Positions 29,169-40,501 of a stretch of DNA of 64,000 nt are shown piece by piece (within the stretch, counting starts at the first letter, position 1; each line of letters begins with the position of its first letter). Made by a program: the position numbers and the translations under genes. Below the pieces are notes generated by a model that was given only the letters and a program-made list of their open reading frames with translations, did no database searches and was not told where the DNA came from. The DNA is from an uncultured delta proteobacterium (GTDB taxonomy: Bacteria; Desulfobacterota; Binatia; UBA9968): assembly GCA_963767275.1 (NCBI GenBank), contig CAVYDL010000001.1, positions 257,393 to 321,392 of the forward strand, given 5' to 3'.

Positions 29169-29933
29169 TTAATGCAGCACGGCGCCGCCGTTGACGAGAA
29201 TCGTCTGGCCGGTGACGAAAGTGCTCAAATCGGACAGTAAGTAGAGCGCCGTCCCGACCAGATCTTCCGGCTGCTCGATGCGCTTGAGAATGCGCGTGGT
29301 CGCCGTCCGTTCATAATTCTTCAACGCTTCGTCAGTCGCTTTATCTTCGCTCATGGTCGCGCCGGGCGCCAGCGTGTTGACACGAATATTATCCCCGCCC
29401 AACTCGCGCGCGAGCACGCGGCTGAACCCCACCACCGCCGCCTTCGAAGTCACATAGTGCATCATCGTCAAGCCGCCGTTGAATGCCATGTTGGACGAGA
29501 TATTGACGACGCTTCCTTGTTTACGTTTCTGCATGGCGGGAACCACAGCCCGGCTGGATAGCCACAGCCCTTTGACGTTTACCGCCATGATGCGGTCCCA
29601 GGCTTCTTCGGTGATATCCTGCCAGCTGCCCTTTTCCGCCGGCACGCTCATAAAGATCGCCGCGTTGTTGATCAAGCCGTCGATCTGGCCATAGGCGCCG
29701 AGAGCTTTTGCCGCCATCTCCTGGCAGCTGGGAAAATTCGCCACGTCGACTCTGGTCGCCAGCGCTTTGCCGCCCTTGTCGGCGATCGCTTTGGCAACGC
29801 CGTCGGCGGCCTTATCATCGATATCGGCGACCACTGCCGTGCCGCCTTCGCGGGCGATCCCCATGCAATAGGCACGGCCAATGCCATGTCCGCCGCCGGT
29901 CACCACCACTACTTTGCCGTCCAATAAACCCAT
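29169..29933 (-). CDS. SDR-family short-chain dehydrogenase/reductase.
   Basis: GKVVVVTGGGHGIGRA (TGxxxGxG) ... NNAA ... S...YVTSKAAV (YxxxK). Confidence 0.85.
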   Translation of the reverse strand: MGLLDGKVVVVTGGGHGIGRAYCMGIAREGGTAVVADIDDKAADGVAKAIADKGGKALATRVDVANFPSCQEMAAKALGAYGQIDGLINNAAIFMSVPAEKGSWQDITEEAWDRIMAVNVKGLWLSSRAVVPAMQKRKQGSVVNISSNMAFNGGLTMMHYVTSKAAVVGFSRVLARELGGDNIRVNTLAPGATMSEDKATDEALKNYERTATTRILKRIEQPEDLVGTALYLLSDLSTFVTGQTILVNGGAVLH

Positions 29934-29979
29934 ATCACGCTCTCCCCTACCGCTATTACTTATCGCAAGTACTGGCCAT

Positions 29980-30040
29980 CGTTCAACGCTACGAACCGCG
30001 AGCGACCTTAACTTTGACCTTTGAACCTTGAACGGGCAAA
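29980..30040. repeat. TTGAAC-type repeat.
   Basis: cgttcaacgctacgaaccgcgagcgaccttaactttgacctttgaaccttgaacg. Confidence 0.6.
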
Positions 30041-30041
30041 A

Positions 30042-31109
30042 TTACGGTTTGAGAATCTTTTTCAATTTCGCCTTCAGCTCCGCCGGCAAGCCAAAAAACT
30101 CGTTGACCAGCTTCTGTACCTGCGTCGCCGACACCGGATCGATGTCGAGCTTGCCCTTGTCCGCCTCGGCGAGGAATTCTTTGTCGGCAAAGGTTCTGGT
30201 CAACGCCGACTCCAATGCCGCGGCACGGTCGGCCGGCGTCCCCGGTGGAACTGTGTAGACTTTGGCGAATTGATTGGGCGCGTAGGCGCCGAATCTGAGC
30301 AGCTGTTGTTGCTCTTCGGTCTTGCCGATCTGCCCAATGGTCGGCACGTTTTTGACCGGCAGCGCCGCGATCGGCTGATCGCCGACCTGCGCGAGGATTT
30401 GCCAATCGCCGTTTTTGACCCTGTCCAGCGACGTAACCTTGGTCGATTCCCAGCTATTGAAAAATCCGTCTAGCTCGCCGCTCTCCATTGCCAGGCGCAC
30501 GTCGGCAGTGCCCTTGTAACCGCTAACGACCTTGATGTTCGCGCCCAGCAGATCTCGCAACAGCATCGGCCCCTGTTCCACCGTGGAGCCAGGGATTCCG
30601 CCGATGGTGAGCTGCTTGGACTTGGCCCCGATCAGTTCGTCAAACTTTGCGATGCCGGATTTTTTTGTCGCCAGCAACAAATAGGTCTCCCCGATCGGCA
30701 CGCCGAGAAACCGAAACTTCGCTAGATCGAATTGCACGGCTGGATTGCCGAACTGCTGCTCCAAGATAATCTGGCCGCTGAAATTGCCGATCACCGTGCC
30801 GTCTTTGGGCGCTGCGTTAAACATGTGGTTGGCCAGGATAATGCTGCCGGCGCCGGCCATGTTTTCGACCATGATAGTGGGATTGCCGGGAATGTGTTTG
30901 TGCAGGTGGCGGCCGATCAGCCGCGAGTACGCGTCGTAGCCGCCGCCGGCGGAGAAGCCGACAATGATTTTTACCGTCTTGCCACGGTAAAAATCCGCCA
31001 CGGTCTTGTCATCCGCGGCGGCAGCCCAAGCTTGCCGGGCCGCGCCCAAGAGGGCGCTGAAAGTTAGCAGCGCAAATACTGCGAATAACTTTTTCACGAG
31101 TACCTCCAT
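30042..31109 (-). CDS. Bug/TctC-family periplasmic solute-binding protein, orphan.
   Basis: FYRGKTVKIIVGFSAGGGYD...IMVENMAGAGSIILANHMFNAAPKDGTVIG ... SGYKGTADVRLAMESGELDG ... NVPTIGQ ... VPPGTPADR ... IDPVSATQVQKLV follows the TctC pattern. Confidence 0.7.
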   Translation of the reverse strand: MEVLVKKLFAVFALLTFSALLGAARQAWAAAADDKTVADFYRGKTVKIIVGFSAGGGYDAYSRLIGRHLHKHIPGNPTIMVENMAGAGSIILANHMFNAAPKDGTVIGNFSGQIILEQQFGNPAVQFDLAKFRFLGVPIGETYLLLATKKSGIAKFDELIGAKSKQLTIGGIPGSTVEQGPMLLRDLLGANIKVVSGYKGTADVRLAMESGELDGFFNSWESTKVTSLDRVKNGDWQILAQVGDQPIAALPVKNVPTIGQIGKTEEQQQLLRFGAYAPNQFAKVYTVPPGTPADRAAALESALTRTFADKEFLAEADKGKLDIDPVSATQVQKLVNEFFGLPAELKAKLKKILKP

Positions 31110-31267
31110 CGAGAGACTCTGTTGTTAAACTGGGCTATCACTGCGCTCCGACGGCTGTCAACCGTCGTCCGCATCCAGCGGAAACAGCATTAGCCTCTGG
31201 ACAGCGGTTTATAAGTGAGATACCGAATCGGATCTGACGCGAAAAACGGATCGCGAACCCGGAGGAA

Positions 31268-32068
31268 ATGACTATGGCCGGCGCCGAACACAAATTCACC
31301 GAAGTCCAGGGTATTAAACTACACTATTTGGAATGGGGCGAGGCCGGCAAACCCGACCTGCTGCTCGTCCACGGTTGGACCAACTTCTCAGCGAGCTGGA
31401 CCGGGGTCGCCGAAAATTTTCGCGACCGTTATCATATCGTCGCGCCGGACTTGCGCGGCCACGGCGAATCCGACAAACCGCAAACCGGCTACCGCTTGCG
31501 GGATTTCGCAGAAGACATCCGTGAGTTGATTAAGAATTTAGAATTGACCAAGCCCGCCTACGTCGGCCATTCCTGGGGCGGCAATATCGGCACGATCCTC
31601 GCCGCCGACTCGCCGGCATTGATCTCGCGAGCGTTCCTGGAAGATCCGGTCTACTGGCGCATGATTCACGCCTTCATGACCAGCCTGCCCGGCGCGCTGG
31701 CACGGAGCGCCAAACCGGAAGCGGAGATCCGCGCCGAAGCGCAGCAAAAAGGATTGTCAAAAGCAGACGAAAACCTGGAGGTCTATAAAGCGCATCACTT
31801 CTCGCCCCACGCTCTGACTCGCCTCCAGACCGATAACCGCGACTGGGCCATTGAGTTTGAGACTTACTTCAAGCGCATCGCCGTGCCGACGACCATCTTG
31901 GTCGCCGACCACAAAGCCGGCGGCGCCATCATGCGCGAGGAAATGACCTACCTCCAAACACTCGCACCGCCGCAGGTAAAATTAGAATTCTGGGAAAACA
32001 TCGGCCACGGCATGAAGGCGGCCAAGCCGGCGGAATACAATAGAGCATTGGAAATTTGGCTTGGCTAA
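31268..32068 (+). CDS. Alpha/beta-fold hydrolase.
   Basis: LLLVHGWTNFSASW...LRGHGESDKP...VGHSWGG nucleophile elbow. Confidence 0.8.
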   Translation: MTMAGAEHKFTEVQGIKLHYLEWGEAGKPDLLLVHGWTNFSASWTGVAENFRDRYHIVAPDLRGHGESDKPQTGYRLRDFAEDIRELIKNLELTKPAYVGHSWGGNIGTILAADSPALISRAFLEDPVYWRMIHAFMTSLPGALARSAKPEAEIRAEAQQKGLSKADENLEVYKAHHFSPHALTRLQTDNRDWAIEFETYFKRIAVPTTILVADHKAGGAIMREEMTYLQTLAPPQVKLEFWENIGHGMKAAKPAEYNRALEIWLG

Positions 32069-32084
32069 TCAACAGAGAGCCGAC

Positions 32085-33220
32085 TTACTCCGATCGCGTC
32101 CCGAGGCGAAATCCGGGCAACAAATAGAGCAATCCCGCCAGCGGTACCAGCGGCGGCAGGTGCGGGAATACCAGCGTGTTTATTAGAGGCAAAGCTCCGA
32201 CCAACACCAGAGTCAACGCTACGCAAACCGGCACTTCGTCCCCGCCGATTTTCAAGATAAATGCCGCCGGAAGAGTAAACAGGGTCATATCATGGTCGTG
32301 AAAGTGGGGTGCGATGAGAATGATGCCGATAAGAATCTTCACCCACGCAGGAAATGAATCTGCTTCAAGTCCGAAGCGGGCGGCGGCACTGAAATAGCGA
32401 CCACAGTGAGCACACCAGCGGTCAAGCCGTACCAGAAGTAATCACGCCAGGCTGGTGCGGCGAAGAAATAGGCCAAAGCACGCAGATTATGCATCCGGTC
32501 CGGTCGTATGCTCAGTGTGGCTTCGCCGGCTGTGGCCCGCTGCGAAATGTCCAGATACGCTCGTAGATCCTTCTAAGCCGATCATGAAGTAGGAAATTGC
32601 GCCTAGTCCGAGGATCACCAACAGCAAGACGCTGATTCCGCGCCAGGATTTTTTCGCCAACAGTAGCAGCGCCGGTACAGCCAAGAGCGGCGGTTTGAAT
32701 AGTAAAAGCCCACACCACCAACCAGCGCGGCGCTGGCGATTATCGACAAAAGCTGAGACAAACAGCACCAACAGGAGGAGTGCCAAAAAAGAGGTCTGCG
32801 CCTGTAACACTGCATAATAAACACCATAGTTGCAGACAGTCGCGAGCACCAGCCGATTTTTTCTGCGCGAAATTGAACTCAAGTTGGCGCATGAGCACAC
32901 TCAATGCCAGCGCCAGCAGCACAATGTTAACCAAGGTCATCAATGCGAACGCAACGGAAAAGGAAAATCCTGCGAGCGGCGCCAACGCCAGTGCGAAAAA
33001 AGGTGGATAAAAAAATGGCAGCACCCAGCTGCCGCGTGATGGATCGATCGGCTGTTGCACCTGGCGCTGCCGTTCCAAATCGTAGAGCGCCGACGGATCG
33101 CTAGTCACCAGCACCGCACCAGTATAGAGACTTATGAAATCGGGCTTATATCCACTGCAACTCGGACTCTGGTAGCGAGATAAATCGTCCAGCAGCAAAG
33201 GACCGATTAACCAAACTCAT
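32085..33220 (-). pseudogene. Decayed integral membrane protein (DUF2029/GT87-like), broken into 3 or more frames; lower-GC region.
   Basis: Overlapping hydrophobic ORFs 32085-32342, 32487-32900 and 32740-33198, with PFFYPPFFALALAPLAGFSF typical of DUF2029 membrane glycosyltransferases. Confidence 0.35.
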
Positions 33221-33424
33221 GGCAATTCCTAAGCCCAGACGATAGACAGTTTGGCTGCACATGCGGGTCTCGAGCGAAGAAATCTATGAATCGGACGGTC
33301 AAATTGGTCCAGGAATTTTGAAAAGCCAATGAAAGGATTACCTCTAGACCGTCTAAAATTACCGATTGACTAGTGGAGCGTCTCGCGCTGTCGTTAGTTT
33401 ATCGAGCACAACTCACCACCAAGG

Positions 33425-33495
33425 ACACGAAAGGTTCGGATGACCAAATCTTTGAACTTCGTGCTTTTCGTGCCCTTCGTGGGAAAAAACTATTT
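33425..33495. repeat. CACGAAG/CTTCGTG repeat element.
   Basis: aaggacacgaaaggttcgg ... cttcgtgcttttcgtgcccttcgtggg. Confidence 0.5.
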
Positions 33496-34428
33496 CTCAT
33501 TGAGTTGCGTGGGAGCCGCACTAGGATATCTGTGACCCTGTGGGATAGTTCGCGTGCCAGAGCGAAACAGACGAGTAGTTTTGATCTGAACCGGTCTCGC
33601 CATTAGGTGCTTCTTAACCCATTCAAGAATGACCGCATTAGTCTCCTCCGGCGCCTGCCAGAAAAAACCATGGGACTGGCCCTTGAGCATTTTCATTTCG
33701 GCACCGCGAATGCGCTCCATCAGCACTTGAGCCTGCGCCCGGTGATTGCTGCCAACCGTGTCGGCCTCGCCGATCAGCACCAACGTCGGCGCCTGGACAT
33801 CGCCGAGTCGGTGCGTGCCTTCGAAGTTATGACGCGCGATGCACAGATGAATGAACGGATCGAGCTTGGCGTGGGTCGCCCAGGCTACTTTGAAAAATGC
33901 TTCCACCTGATCGCGGTGCGCCGTGCGATAGTCCTTGGTAAAAAATGTGTCCGACTCGACGATCTCTTCGTAGATAAATTTCTCGAAGCCCATCTCGACC
34001 ATGTCGTATACCATGCGGTGCGGCAAACCCGGCACGCAATCCGAACCGGCCCGGCCCGCGGTGCCCGAACCGCTGGCCGCCATGATCAGACTTTTTACTT
34101 TGCCAGGGAAATTTTGCGCCAGCGATAACGCGATGCGCCCGCCCATGGAGTGGCCGATGAAGTGGGCCGCCGGCAATTTCAAGTGATCCATCATCGCGAC
34201 GATGTCCAAGGCCATCTGCTCGATGGTGTAAACGGATTGCGTCGGCACCGAACGGCCGCAGCCGCGCGGATCGTGGAAGATCAATTGCAGAGAACTCGCC
34301 AGCGGCATCTGCCACGGCTTCCAAACCTCGCCGGAATAAGCCGTCGACGGCACGAAAATCAACGGCTCTCCGCTGCCGTGGGTTTCATAGTAGAAGTCGA
34401 CACCCGTCGGTAATTTTACATTGGGCAT
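33490..34428 (-). CDS. Alpha/beta-fold hydrolase.
   Basis: PLIFVPSTAYSGEVW...FIGHSMGGRIAL... Confidence 0.75.
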   Translation of the reverse strand: MPNVKLPTGVDFYYETHGSGEPLIFVPSTAYSGEVWKPWQMPLASSLQLIFHDPRGCGRSVPTQSVYTIEQMALDIVAMMDHLKLPAAHFIGHSMGGRIALSLAQNFPGKVKSLIMAASGSGTAGRAGSDCVPGLPHRMVYDMVEMGFEKFIYEEIVESDTFFTKDYRTAHRDQVEAFFKVAWATHAKLDPFIHLCIARHNFEGTHRLGDVQAPTLVLIGEADTVGSNHRAQAQVLMERIRGAEMKMLKGQSHGFFWQAPEETNAVILEWVKKHLMARPVQIKTTRLFRSGTRTIPQGHRYPSAAPTQLNEK

Positions 34429-34439
34429 GGGTTACCTCT

Positions 34440-34545
34440 CCTTCGCAGAAAGGTTTCTCGCTGCGCTCGAAATGACAAGACGTTAGTGGATGTCATCCGT
34501 GCATTGACTGTCATCTCGAACGATGTGAGAGATCTCTCCGAGTTT
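34440..34545. repeat. MITE/REP-like palindromic element (same family as 38935-39060).
   Basis: ggtttctcgctgcgctcgaaatgacaagac...tgtcatctcgaacgatgtgagagatctc versus gatttctcgccttgctcgaaatgacagac...tgtcatcccgaacgaagtgagggatctc at 38960. Confidence 0.65.
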
Positions 34546-34548
34546 CAT

Positions 34549-35526
34549 TTACTTGGCAGCACCGCTCTTGTAAAACCCTTCCTTCTCCAACTGCGCGACA
34601 AAGCGCGTGTCGAGAAAATCTTCCGGCTTAGCGGTCTTGGCCTTGGGCTCGGTGGGCAGCAACTCGCCGATGATCGTTTCCATGCCTTTGCGCGTCACGT
34701 ACGGAATCGTCTCGATGTAAGCACGCGCTTCGCCGTAAGTCGCTTCGAGAATCTCCGGATCTTTGATGCGCGCGTATTTCTGAATCGCGCGGATGCCGGC
34801 GGCTTTGTTCGCCTTCAACAGCTGCACGCCTTCGCTATAGCCGCGCATAAAACGGCGCGTCATCTCTTCGTTGGCCTTGACGAACGACCGGGTCGAACCG
34901 ATGGCGACGGAGACATACTCCGGGCCGTCCTTGGTCACGTCCATCAATTCGCTCAAGCCGGCTTTACGGGCGCGAAAGTTGGTCGGCGGCGAGAGCGCAC
35001 CGGCGTCGACTTGGCCGGCCGCGATGGCGGTAAAAATATTCGGCACGTCGACCAATTGCAGCATCTGATAGTCATCGGGTTTGAAGCCCGCTTTGTTCAT
35101 CACCCAAAGCGTCACGCTGTGAGTTGACGATCCCAGCCTGGTAATGCCGATTTTCTTGGCGCGCATTTCAGTTAAACTCTTGATCTCCGGCCGTGCCATG
35201 AACGAGAACACCAAGCGGTTGGCCACGCCGGCGATAATCGCTACGTCGGCGCCCTTGAGCGCCGCCGTCACCGAATTGCGCCCGTCCATGTAAGTATAGT
35301 GAAGTTCGCCGGCGAGCATCACTTGAATCGCCCGCGAAGTCGAAGGAATATGCACGAGTTCGACTTCAAGGCCGTTCTTCCGGAACAGCCCTTCCTCTTG
35401 CGCCACCCAAGTGCCGCTCATGTTGCTGGCGAACGAAGTCCACGCCACCCGCGCCTTCATCTGCGTCGAGCCGGCGCTCGGCAAGAGCAGCAAAGCCAGC
35501 GCAGGAATTAACGACCGGAGCAACAT
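34549..35526 (-). CDS. NMT1-like (NitT/TauT-family) ABC substrate-binding protein, orphan.
   Basis: Signal peptide, then KARVAWTSFASNMSGTWVAQEEGLFRKNGLEVELVHIPS... Confidence 0.7.
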   Translation of the reverse strand: MLLRSLIPALALLLLPSAGSTQMKARVAWTSFASNMSGTWVAQEEGLFRKNGLEVELVHIPSTSRAIQVMLAGELHYTYMDGRNSVTAALKGADVAIIAGVANRLVFSFMARPEIKSLTEMRAKKIGITRLGSSTHSVTLWVMNKAGFKPDDYQMLQLVDVPNIFTAIAAGQVDAGALSPPTNFRARKAGLSELMDVTKDGPEYVSVAIGSTRSFVKANEEMTRRFMRGYSEGVQLLKANKAAGIRAIQKYARIKDPEILEATYGEARAYIETIPYVTRKGMETIIGELLPTEPKAKTAKPEDFLDTRFVAQLEKEGFYKSGAAK

Positions 35527-35679
35527 TTTAAGACAAGCTTTATCGGCATTCCCGGACTTTTCATAAATAAAGATTTGGCCGCAAAGAACGCAAAAGCCAC
35601 AGACCCCTCATCGAATTATCCGCAGCGAAGGGCTGGCAACCTTCCCACGCCCTCCGACGGAAGCTAAGATGTAAATCCG

Positions 35680-35712
35680 GCCTTGAACCTTGAATGTTTG
35701 AACCTTGAACCG
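35680..35712. repeat. TTGAAC-type repeat.
   Basis: ccttgaaccttgaatgtttgaaccttgaacc. Confidence 0.6.
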
Positions 35713-35734
35713 CGCGGCGCGAAAAGCGCCGCGC

Positions 35735-36746
35735 TTAATTCGGCAACCAGCACACCGCCGCGATCTCGCTCAGCTCTCTGCGCAGCTTCGTCCACGACGC
35801 GCCGCTGTCATCGCTGCGGTAGAGATAACCGTAGCGGCTCGCGGCAAACATAACCTTTGGGTCGTCGGAATTGGTCGCGAACGTCCACATCGTCGAGTTG
35901 GGTTCCTGGGGCAGCGGCAAGAGCTTCCAGCTCTTACAGAAATCATCGCTTTGCGCGATTGCGCCTGAGGTTCCCGGCGTGAAGTCGCCGAAGCTCACCA
36001 TGATTTTTTTCGGATTGGCTGGGTCGACGGCAATGCCGCGCAGATAGTTTTCTTTGCGCGGATACTCCCACGGCAAACACTTCTGCATGTCGCGCGGCTC
36101 CCAGCTCTTGCCATTATCCGTGCTCGCATATATCTCCCGGTTGGCCATGATGAATGCCGTCTTGGGCGGGCCGGCGGTGACCGCAACGTTGTGAATATCG
36201 CGCCGCCCGGTCACCTCGACGATATTCCAGGTGTCGCCGCCGTCGCTGCTGTGACGGGCGCCGTCCACTTCGAGACCCGCCCAGATATGATTGGGCTCGA
36301 CAGGATCGACGGCGATGCCGGTGAACCTCGGCGTGCCCACCGCCTCACATTCCGTCGCCACTTCCACCGGCCGCTTGTCGAAGCTGCGGCCGCCATCCTT
36401 CGAACGAAAGAGCATCGCCGGCAGTCGGCGTGCCGGTGCCGACAAAAATGTTATCCGGATTCACCGGATCGATGCCGATCGCCCAGACATAGTGCGGATT
36501 GAGCGCCGAGTCGAGGTACTGCCAATTGGCGCCGCCGTCGGCGCTGCGATAAAGCCCGCGCTCGGTACCGGCAAAGAGAATATTGTGCTGCTTCGGATTC
36601 ATCGCGATGCAGCGCACCGAAGCCTCGTAAGCAAATCCCCGCCGCGGCCCGATGCGCGCCCAAGTCTGGCCATTGTCTTCGCTGCGCATGATGCTTTGTC
36701 CGATAGTTCCGACAACGATAGTTACGTCTCGCATATTTCCTCCCAA
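35735..36746 (-). CDS. BNR/Asp-box repeat protein (Ycf48-like/sialidase-like beta-propeller); apparent frameshift near 36350-36440.
   Basis: Seven S-x-D-x-G-x-T/S-W boxes (SEDNGQTW, SADGGANW, SKDGGRSF, SSDGGDTW, STDNGKSW, SDDFCKSW, SDDSGASW) spread across two frames. Confidence 0.65.
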
Positions 36747-36775
36747 GACGACTTGAACGTTTTGAACTAAGTCTT

Positions 36776-37757
36776 CTAGATGTTGACCCGATGCATATCC
36801 TTGGTCCGCGGTCCCGCCGCCACTCCCGGCGGAAAGATTGCATCGAGCCGGGCTAAATCTTCTTTGGTTAATTTAATCTCCGTCGCTTTGATGTTCTCTT
36901 CCAAATGGGCCCGCGTCTTATTGCTGGGGATCGGAATCACACCGCTGCCCTGAGCCATCAACCACGCCAGCGCCAGCTGCGCCGGCGTGCAATGTTTCTC
37001 CCGCGCCAGCTCTTCGAAGCGCGCCAGCAGAGCCAGATTCTTCGCCAGATTGTCGCCTTGGAATCGCGGATGGTTGATCCGGCCGTCGCCTTCGCTCATG
37101 TCTTTGGCATCATGCACGGCGCCGCCGAAAAAGCCTCGGCCCAGCGGCGAGTACGCCATAAAGCCCATGTCGTTTTCGCGGCACGCCTGGAGGTTGCCGC
37201 CCTTCGGGATCCCGCGACCACAGCGAATATTCCATCTGCAATGACACTATCGGATGAACCTTGCGCGCGCGCCGGATCGAGTTGGCGCTCGCTTCCGAAA
37301 GGCCGATATAACGCGTCAGACCGCGCTCGACCAACTTTGCCATCGCGCCCACCGACTCCTCAACCGGAATATCCGGATCTACCCGCGACATGCAGAATAC
37401 ATCAAGAGCGTCGATCCCCAACCGCTTGACGCTTTGCTCGCAATTCTGGGTTAGATATTCCGGCGTGCTGCCGCTGCGATTGCCGGCGGCGTCCGGCGCC
37501 CGTGGGCTGCCGGATTTGGAGTGAATCACGATGCGCTCGCGCCGCCCCTGCAGCGCCTTGTTGATCAACTCATGGTTGTGACCCTGGCCGTAGCTCGCCG
37601 AGGTATCGAGAAAGTTGATGCCGAGATCGAATGCCTTGTGCAACGTCGCGATCGATTCGTTATCGTCCGCCGGCCCATAGGCGCCAGACATGCTCATGCA
37701 GCCCAAAGCCAAGCGCGAGACTTTGAATTCCGTCGAGCCGAATTGAACGTAATCCAT
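36776..37757 (-). CDS. Aldo/keto reductase; apparent frameshift near 37110-37170.
   Basis: FGSTEFKVSRLALGCMSMSG...LGINFLDTSASYG...IGLSEAS, then a second frame GFMAYSPLGRGFF...ALAWLMAQGSGVIPIPSNKTRAHLEEN. Confidence 0.7.
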
Positions 37758-37812
37758 GCTGCCTCCGTACTGAGGTCAGAGTTACCGCAGGTGGACGGAG
37801 CAAGTCAAACCG

Positions 37813-38863
37813 CTATTTGCCCAACAACTTCTTCATCCGTTCGATCACTTCAGTGTCTTTGGTCATCACTTCCTTGGCGAGCCGATCGAGCTCCTCGCCC
37901 GAAGTGTATTCGATGTCGATGCGGCGCCGCTTCGCGTCGGCCAAGAGTTCCGGATCATTGAGCGTGCGCATGAAGGATTCGCGCAGGATCTTTACGTACT
38001 CGGGCGGCGTCGCCGGCGGCAGCACATAGGGTCGGCCGAAAGAATTGGAAGCGATCAACAAGCTCGCCAGCTTCTTGATCTGCTCCGAGCGCTTTGAACT
38101 CATCGAGCAGCTCATAGACTGTCGGCACGTCGGCGAGGCGCGCATCGCGCTTGCGATGGCTCTGCACCACAGCGCGGGCAAAGCCGGTCTTGCGCCAATT
38201 GGCGTAGAGATCGCCCGTGAACCAACCGGCGATGGTGAAGGAGCGGCACTGCACTTCGTTGCGCTCCACCGCCAGATCGATTTCCGGTCCGCCCGGATAC
38301 CCGGTGACGACATGGAACTTCGTGCCGATACCGTCGTTCAATAGCGTCGGCAGATAGTGGCTGGTTGTGCCGGTGCCGGTCGAGCCGCACTTGGGACCTT
38401 CGGCAGCCTTGCGCACGTCAGCCACAGTCTTGAACGGCGCGTCGCCGCGCATGTACATCAAATCTTCAGAGCGATCCGGGCTGCCGACGTAAATATATTT
38501 CGACCAATCAAACTGGACATCTTTGTTGCCGCCCAGTTGATTGAAGTACAACGCCGCGTTGACGGTGCCGAACGTCAAGCCGTCGGGCTTGGCCACCGAG
38601 TAAATATAGTTCGCGCCGACAATGTTGCCGCCGCCCGGCATGTTTTGCACGACCACTTCCGGTTTTCCCGGAATGTGCCTGCCGATATACTGCCCCACCA
38701 ATCGGCCATAGAGGTCGTAGTTACTGCCCGCCGTGCTGCTGACGATCAGCCGAACCGTCTTGCCTTGATAATAAGGCGTCTGCGCGTGCAACTCGATCGT
38801 CCACAACAAAACCACTGGAAGCGAAGCCAGAAGCGCTCTCATTGCAGTCTCCTTATGATTCAC
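37813..38863 (-). CDS. Bug/TctC-family periplasmic solute-binding protein; apparent frameshift near 38075-38095.
   Basis: YYQGKTVRLIVSSTAGSNYD...VVVQNMPGGGNIVGANYIYSVAKPDGLTFG...LADVPTVYELLDEFK, then a frame change to ...FGRPYVLPPATPPEYVKIL...EYTSGEELDRLAKEVM; collinear with the intact paralog at 62124. Confidence 0.65.
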
Positions 38864-38934
38864 GGATTCCTTCTATCCATTGCTCTCATATCACCACCCA
38901 TGTTTAATCAACAACAGAGCGCATCGTTGCGCTG

Positions 38935-39060
38935 CACGATGGTGGTTCAGATTGATTGTGGCGATCGAGAAAGATTTCTCGCCTTGCTCGAAATGACAGA
39001 CAAAAAGCGAGTGTCATCCCGAACGAAGTGAGGGATCTCGACCGAAAGCAACCACAATCA
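38935..39060. repeat. MITE/REP-like palindromic element.
   Basis: ggttcagattgattgtggcgatcgagaaagatttctcgccttgctcgaaatgacagacaaaaagcgagtgtcatcccgaacgaagtgagggatctc; the two arms are about 25 bp of imperfect inverted repeat. Confidence 0.65.
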
Positions 39061-39141
39061 CGGTAATGCGACATTGACAGCAGCGCGCGTTCTCATCTAA
39101 AAGGAATCCCAACAACCGGCGGACAATTGAAGGAGAACCAT

Positions 39142-40159
39142 ATGCGCAATCGTTTGTTAGTCTCGTTTTTCGGACTCGCTCTCGCGCTATCCGTGCCGCT
39201 GCGCGCCCAATCGCTGGCTGCTGCCGAGAAACTCGATAAGGTTCGCTTCACCTACGCCCCGCTGTCCGCCAGTGGATTTCTCTGGTTCATCGCCAAAGAC
39301 GCCGGCTATTTCGAGAAAAACCGCCTCGACGTCGACATGTATTTCGAAGGCGCATCGCCGATCATGGTGCAGTCGATTCTCGCGGGCGAGAATCAGCTCG
39401 CCGGCGGCTTGGGGCCCACCGTAGTCACCAACGTCTTACAGGGAGGAGATGTCATTCCCGTCGCCTGTATCACGCACACGTTTACCACCCCCATGTATGT
39501 CCAACCGTCGATCACCAGCTTGCAGCAACTCCGCGGCAAAAAAGTCGGGGTAAGCCGTATCGGTGCCGTATCGCACCTGACCGCCGATTCGATTCTGCGC
39601 CGTGCCCGAGTCGGCGATGTAACGATCATCCAAACCGGTGGCATTCCTGAATCCATGGCGGCGATCATGACCGGCAACCTCGATGGCGCCATGGTCAACC
39701 CGCCGAACAACATAATTCTTAGAGAAAAAGGCTTCCGCGAGATCGTCGGCGCGAAACAACTCAAAGAATTGAACCTGCGTTTTCCCGAGAACGGCGTCAT
39801 GGCCAAGCGCACCTGGGCCGAGAAAAATTCCGACGTCGTCAAAAGATTTATCAAATCCATCGCTGAAGGCTTGAAGCGCATGCATGACGATAAAGACTTT
39901 GCGATCAAGACTCTCGGTAAATACACCAAGGTCACCGACGCGAAATCGCTCGAAGAAAGCTATCGCTGGGGCATCGATAGCTTTTTCAAGGATTTCAAAA
40001 CCTCACCCGACGGCGATGCGGCTCATGGTCGACCAGCTGGCCTCCTCGCGCATGATTGATCCGAACCTCGCGCAAAAAACCCCGCTCACGGCCTACTATG
40101 AAAATCGCTACGTCGAGGAGCTGGAGCGGGAGGGATTCTTCAAGAAGCTGTGGCAGTAA
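39142..40159 (+). CDS. NMT1-like ABC substrate-binding protein; apparent frameshift near 40000-40030.
   Basis: RBS aaggagaacc 5 nt before the ATG at 39142. Signal peptide, then KVRFTYAPLSASGFLWFIAKDAGYFEKNRLDV..., and the C-terminus resumes in a second frame ...NLAQKTPLTAYYENRYVEELEREGFFKKLWQ. Confidence 0.7.
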
Positions 40160-40210
40160 TTCAAAGAGTTTCCGAAACGCCAAGGTGGAGCATGCCTCGA
40201 CAAGCTCAGC

Positions 40211-40501
40211 ATGAACGGATTTAGTTCAATAGCTAAGACAATCGGATTCGCAACCACGTTTATGGAAATTAAAGTTGATCAAGTTACTCAGAGCAGCGGG
40301 GCGCGTGTCGCCTGCGGTTTCTGCAGAAAAACACGCAACGAAGTTAGTATTCTTATGATCTCAAATGAAAGCGTAATTTGTGAAGAATGCATTGCAACTG
40401 GATTGGAAGTATTCGTCCGTGAGTCTCGCCGTCTTTCCCTGAGGCTCGCTTTCTCGGTATTTAAGATCATCGCCTCGATTGGTCGGTTCCTCAGAATTTA
40501 G
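40211..40501 (+). CDS. Small protein with a ClpX-type C4 zinc-ribbon (ZB domain) and no AAA+ domain; AT-richer islet.
   Basis: CGFCRKTRNEVSILMISNESVICEECI parallels the ClpX N-terminus [26 protein letters not shown]; 96 aa. Confidence 0.45.
   Translation: MNGFSSIAKTIGFATTFMEIKVDQVTQSSGARVACGFCRKTRNEVSILMISNESVICEECIATGLEVFVRESRRLSLRLAFSVFKIIASIGRFLRI

Noticed and set aside
33373-33606. 77-aa plus-strand ORF in the 300-bp spacer
   Set aside because: It overlaps the CACGAAG repeat unit and the start of the hydrolase gene. It has no start context or RBS and is likely spurious.
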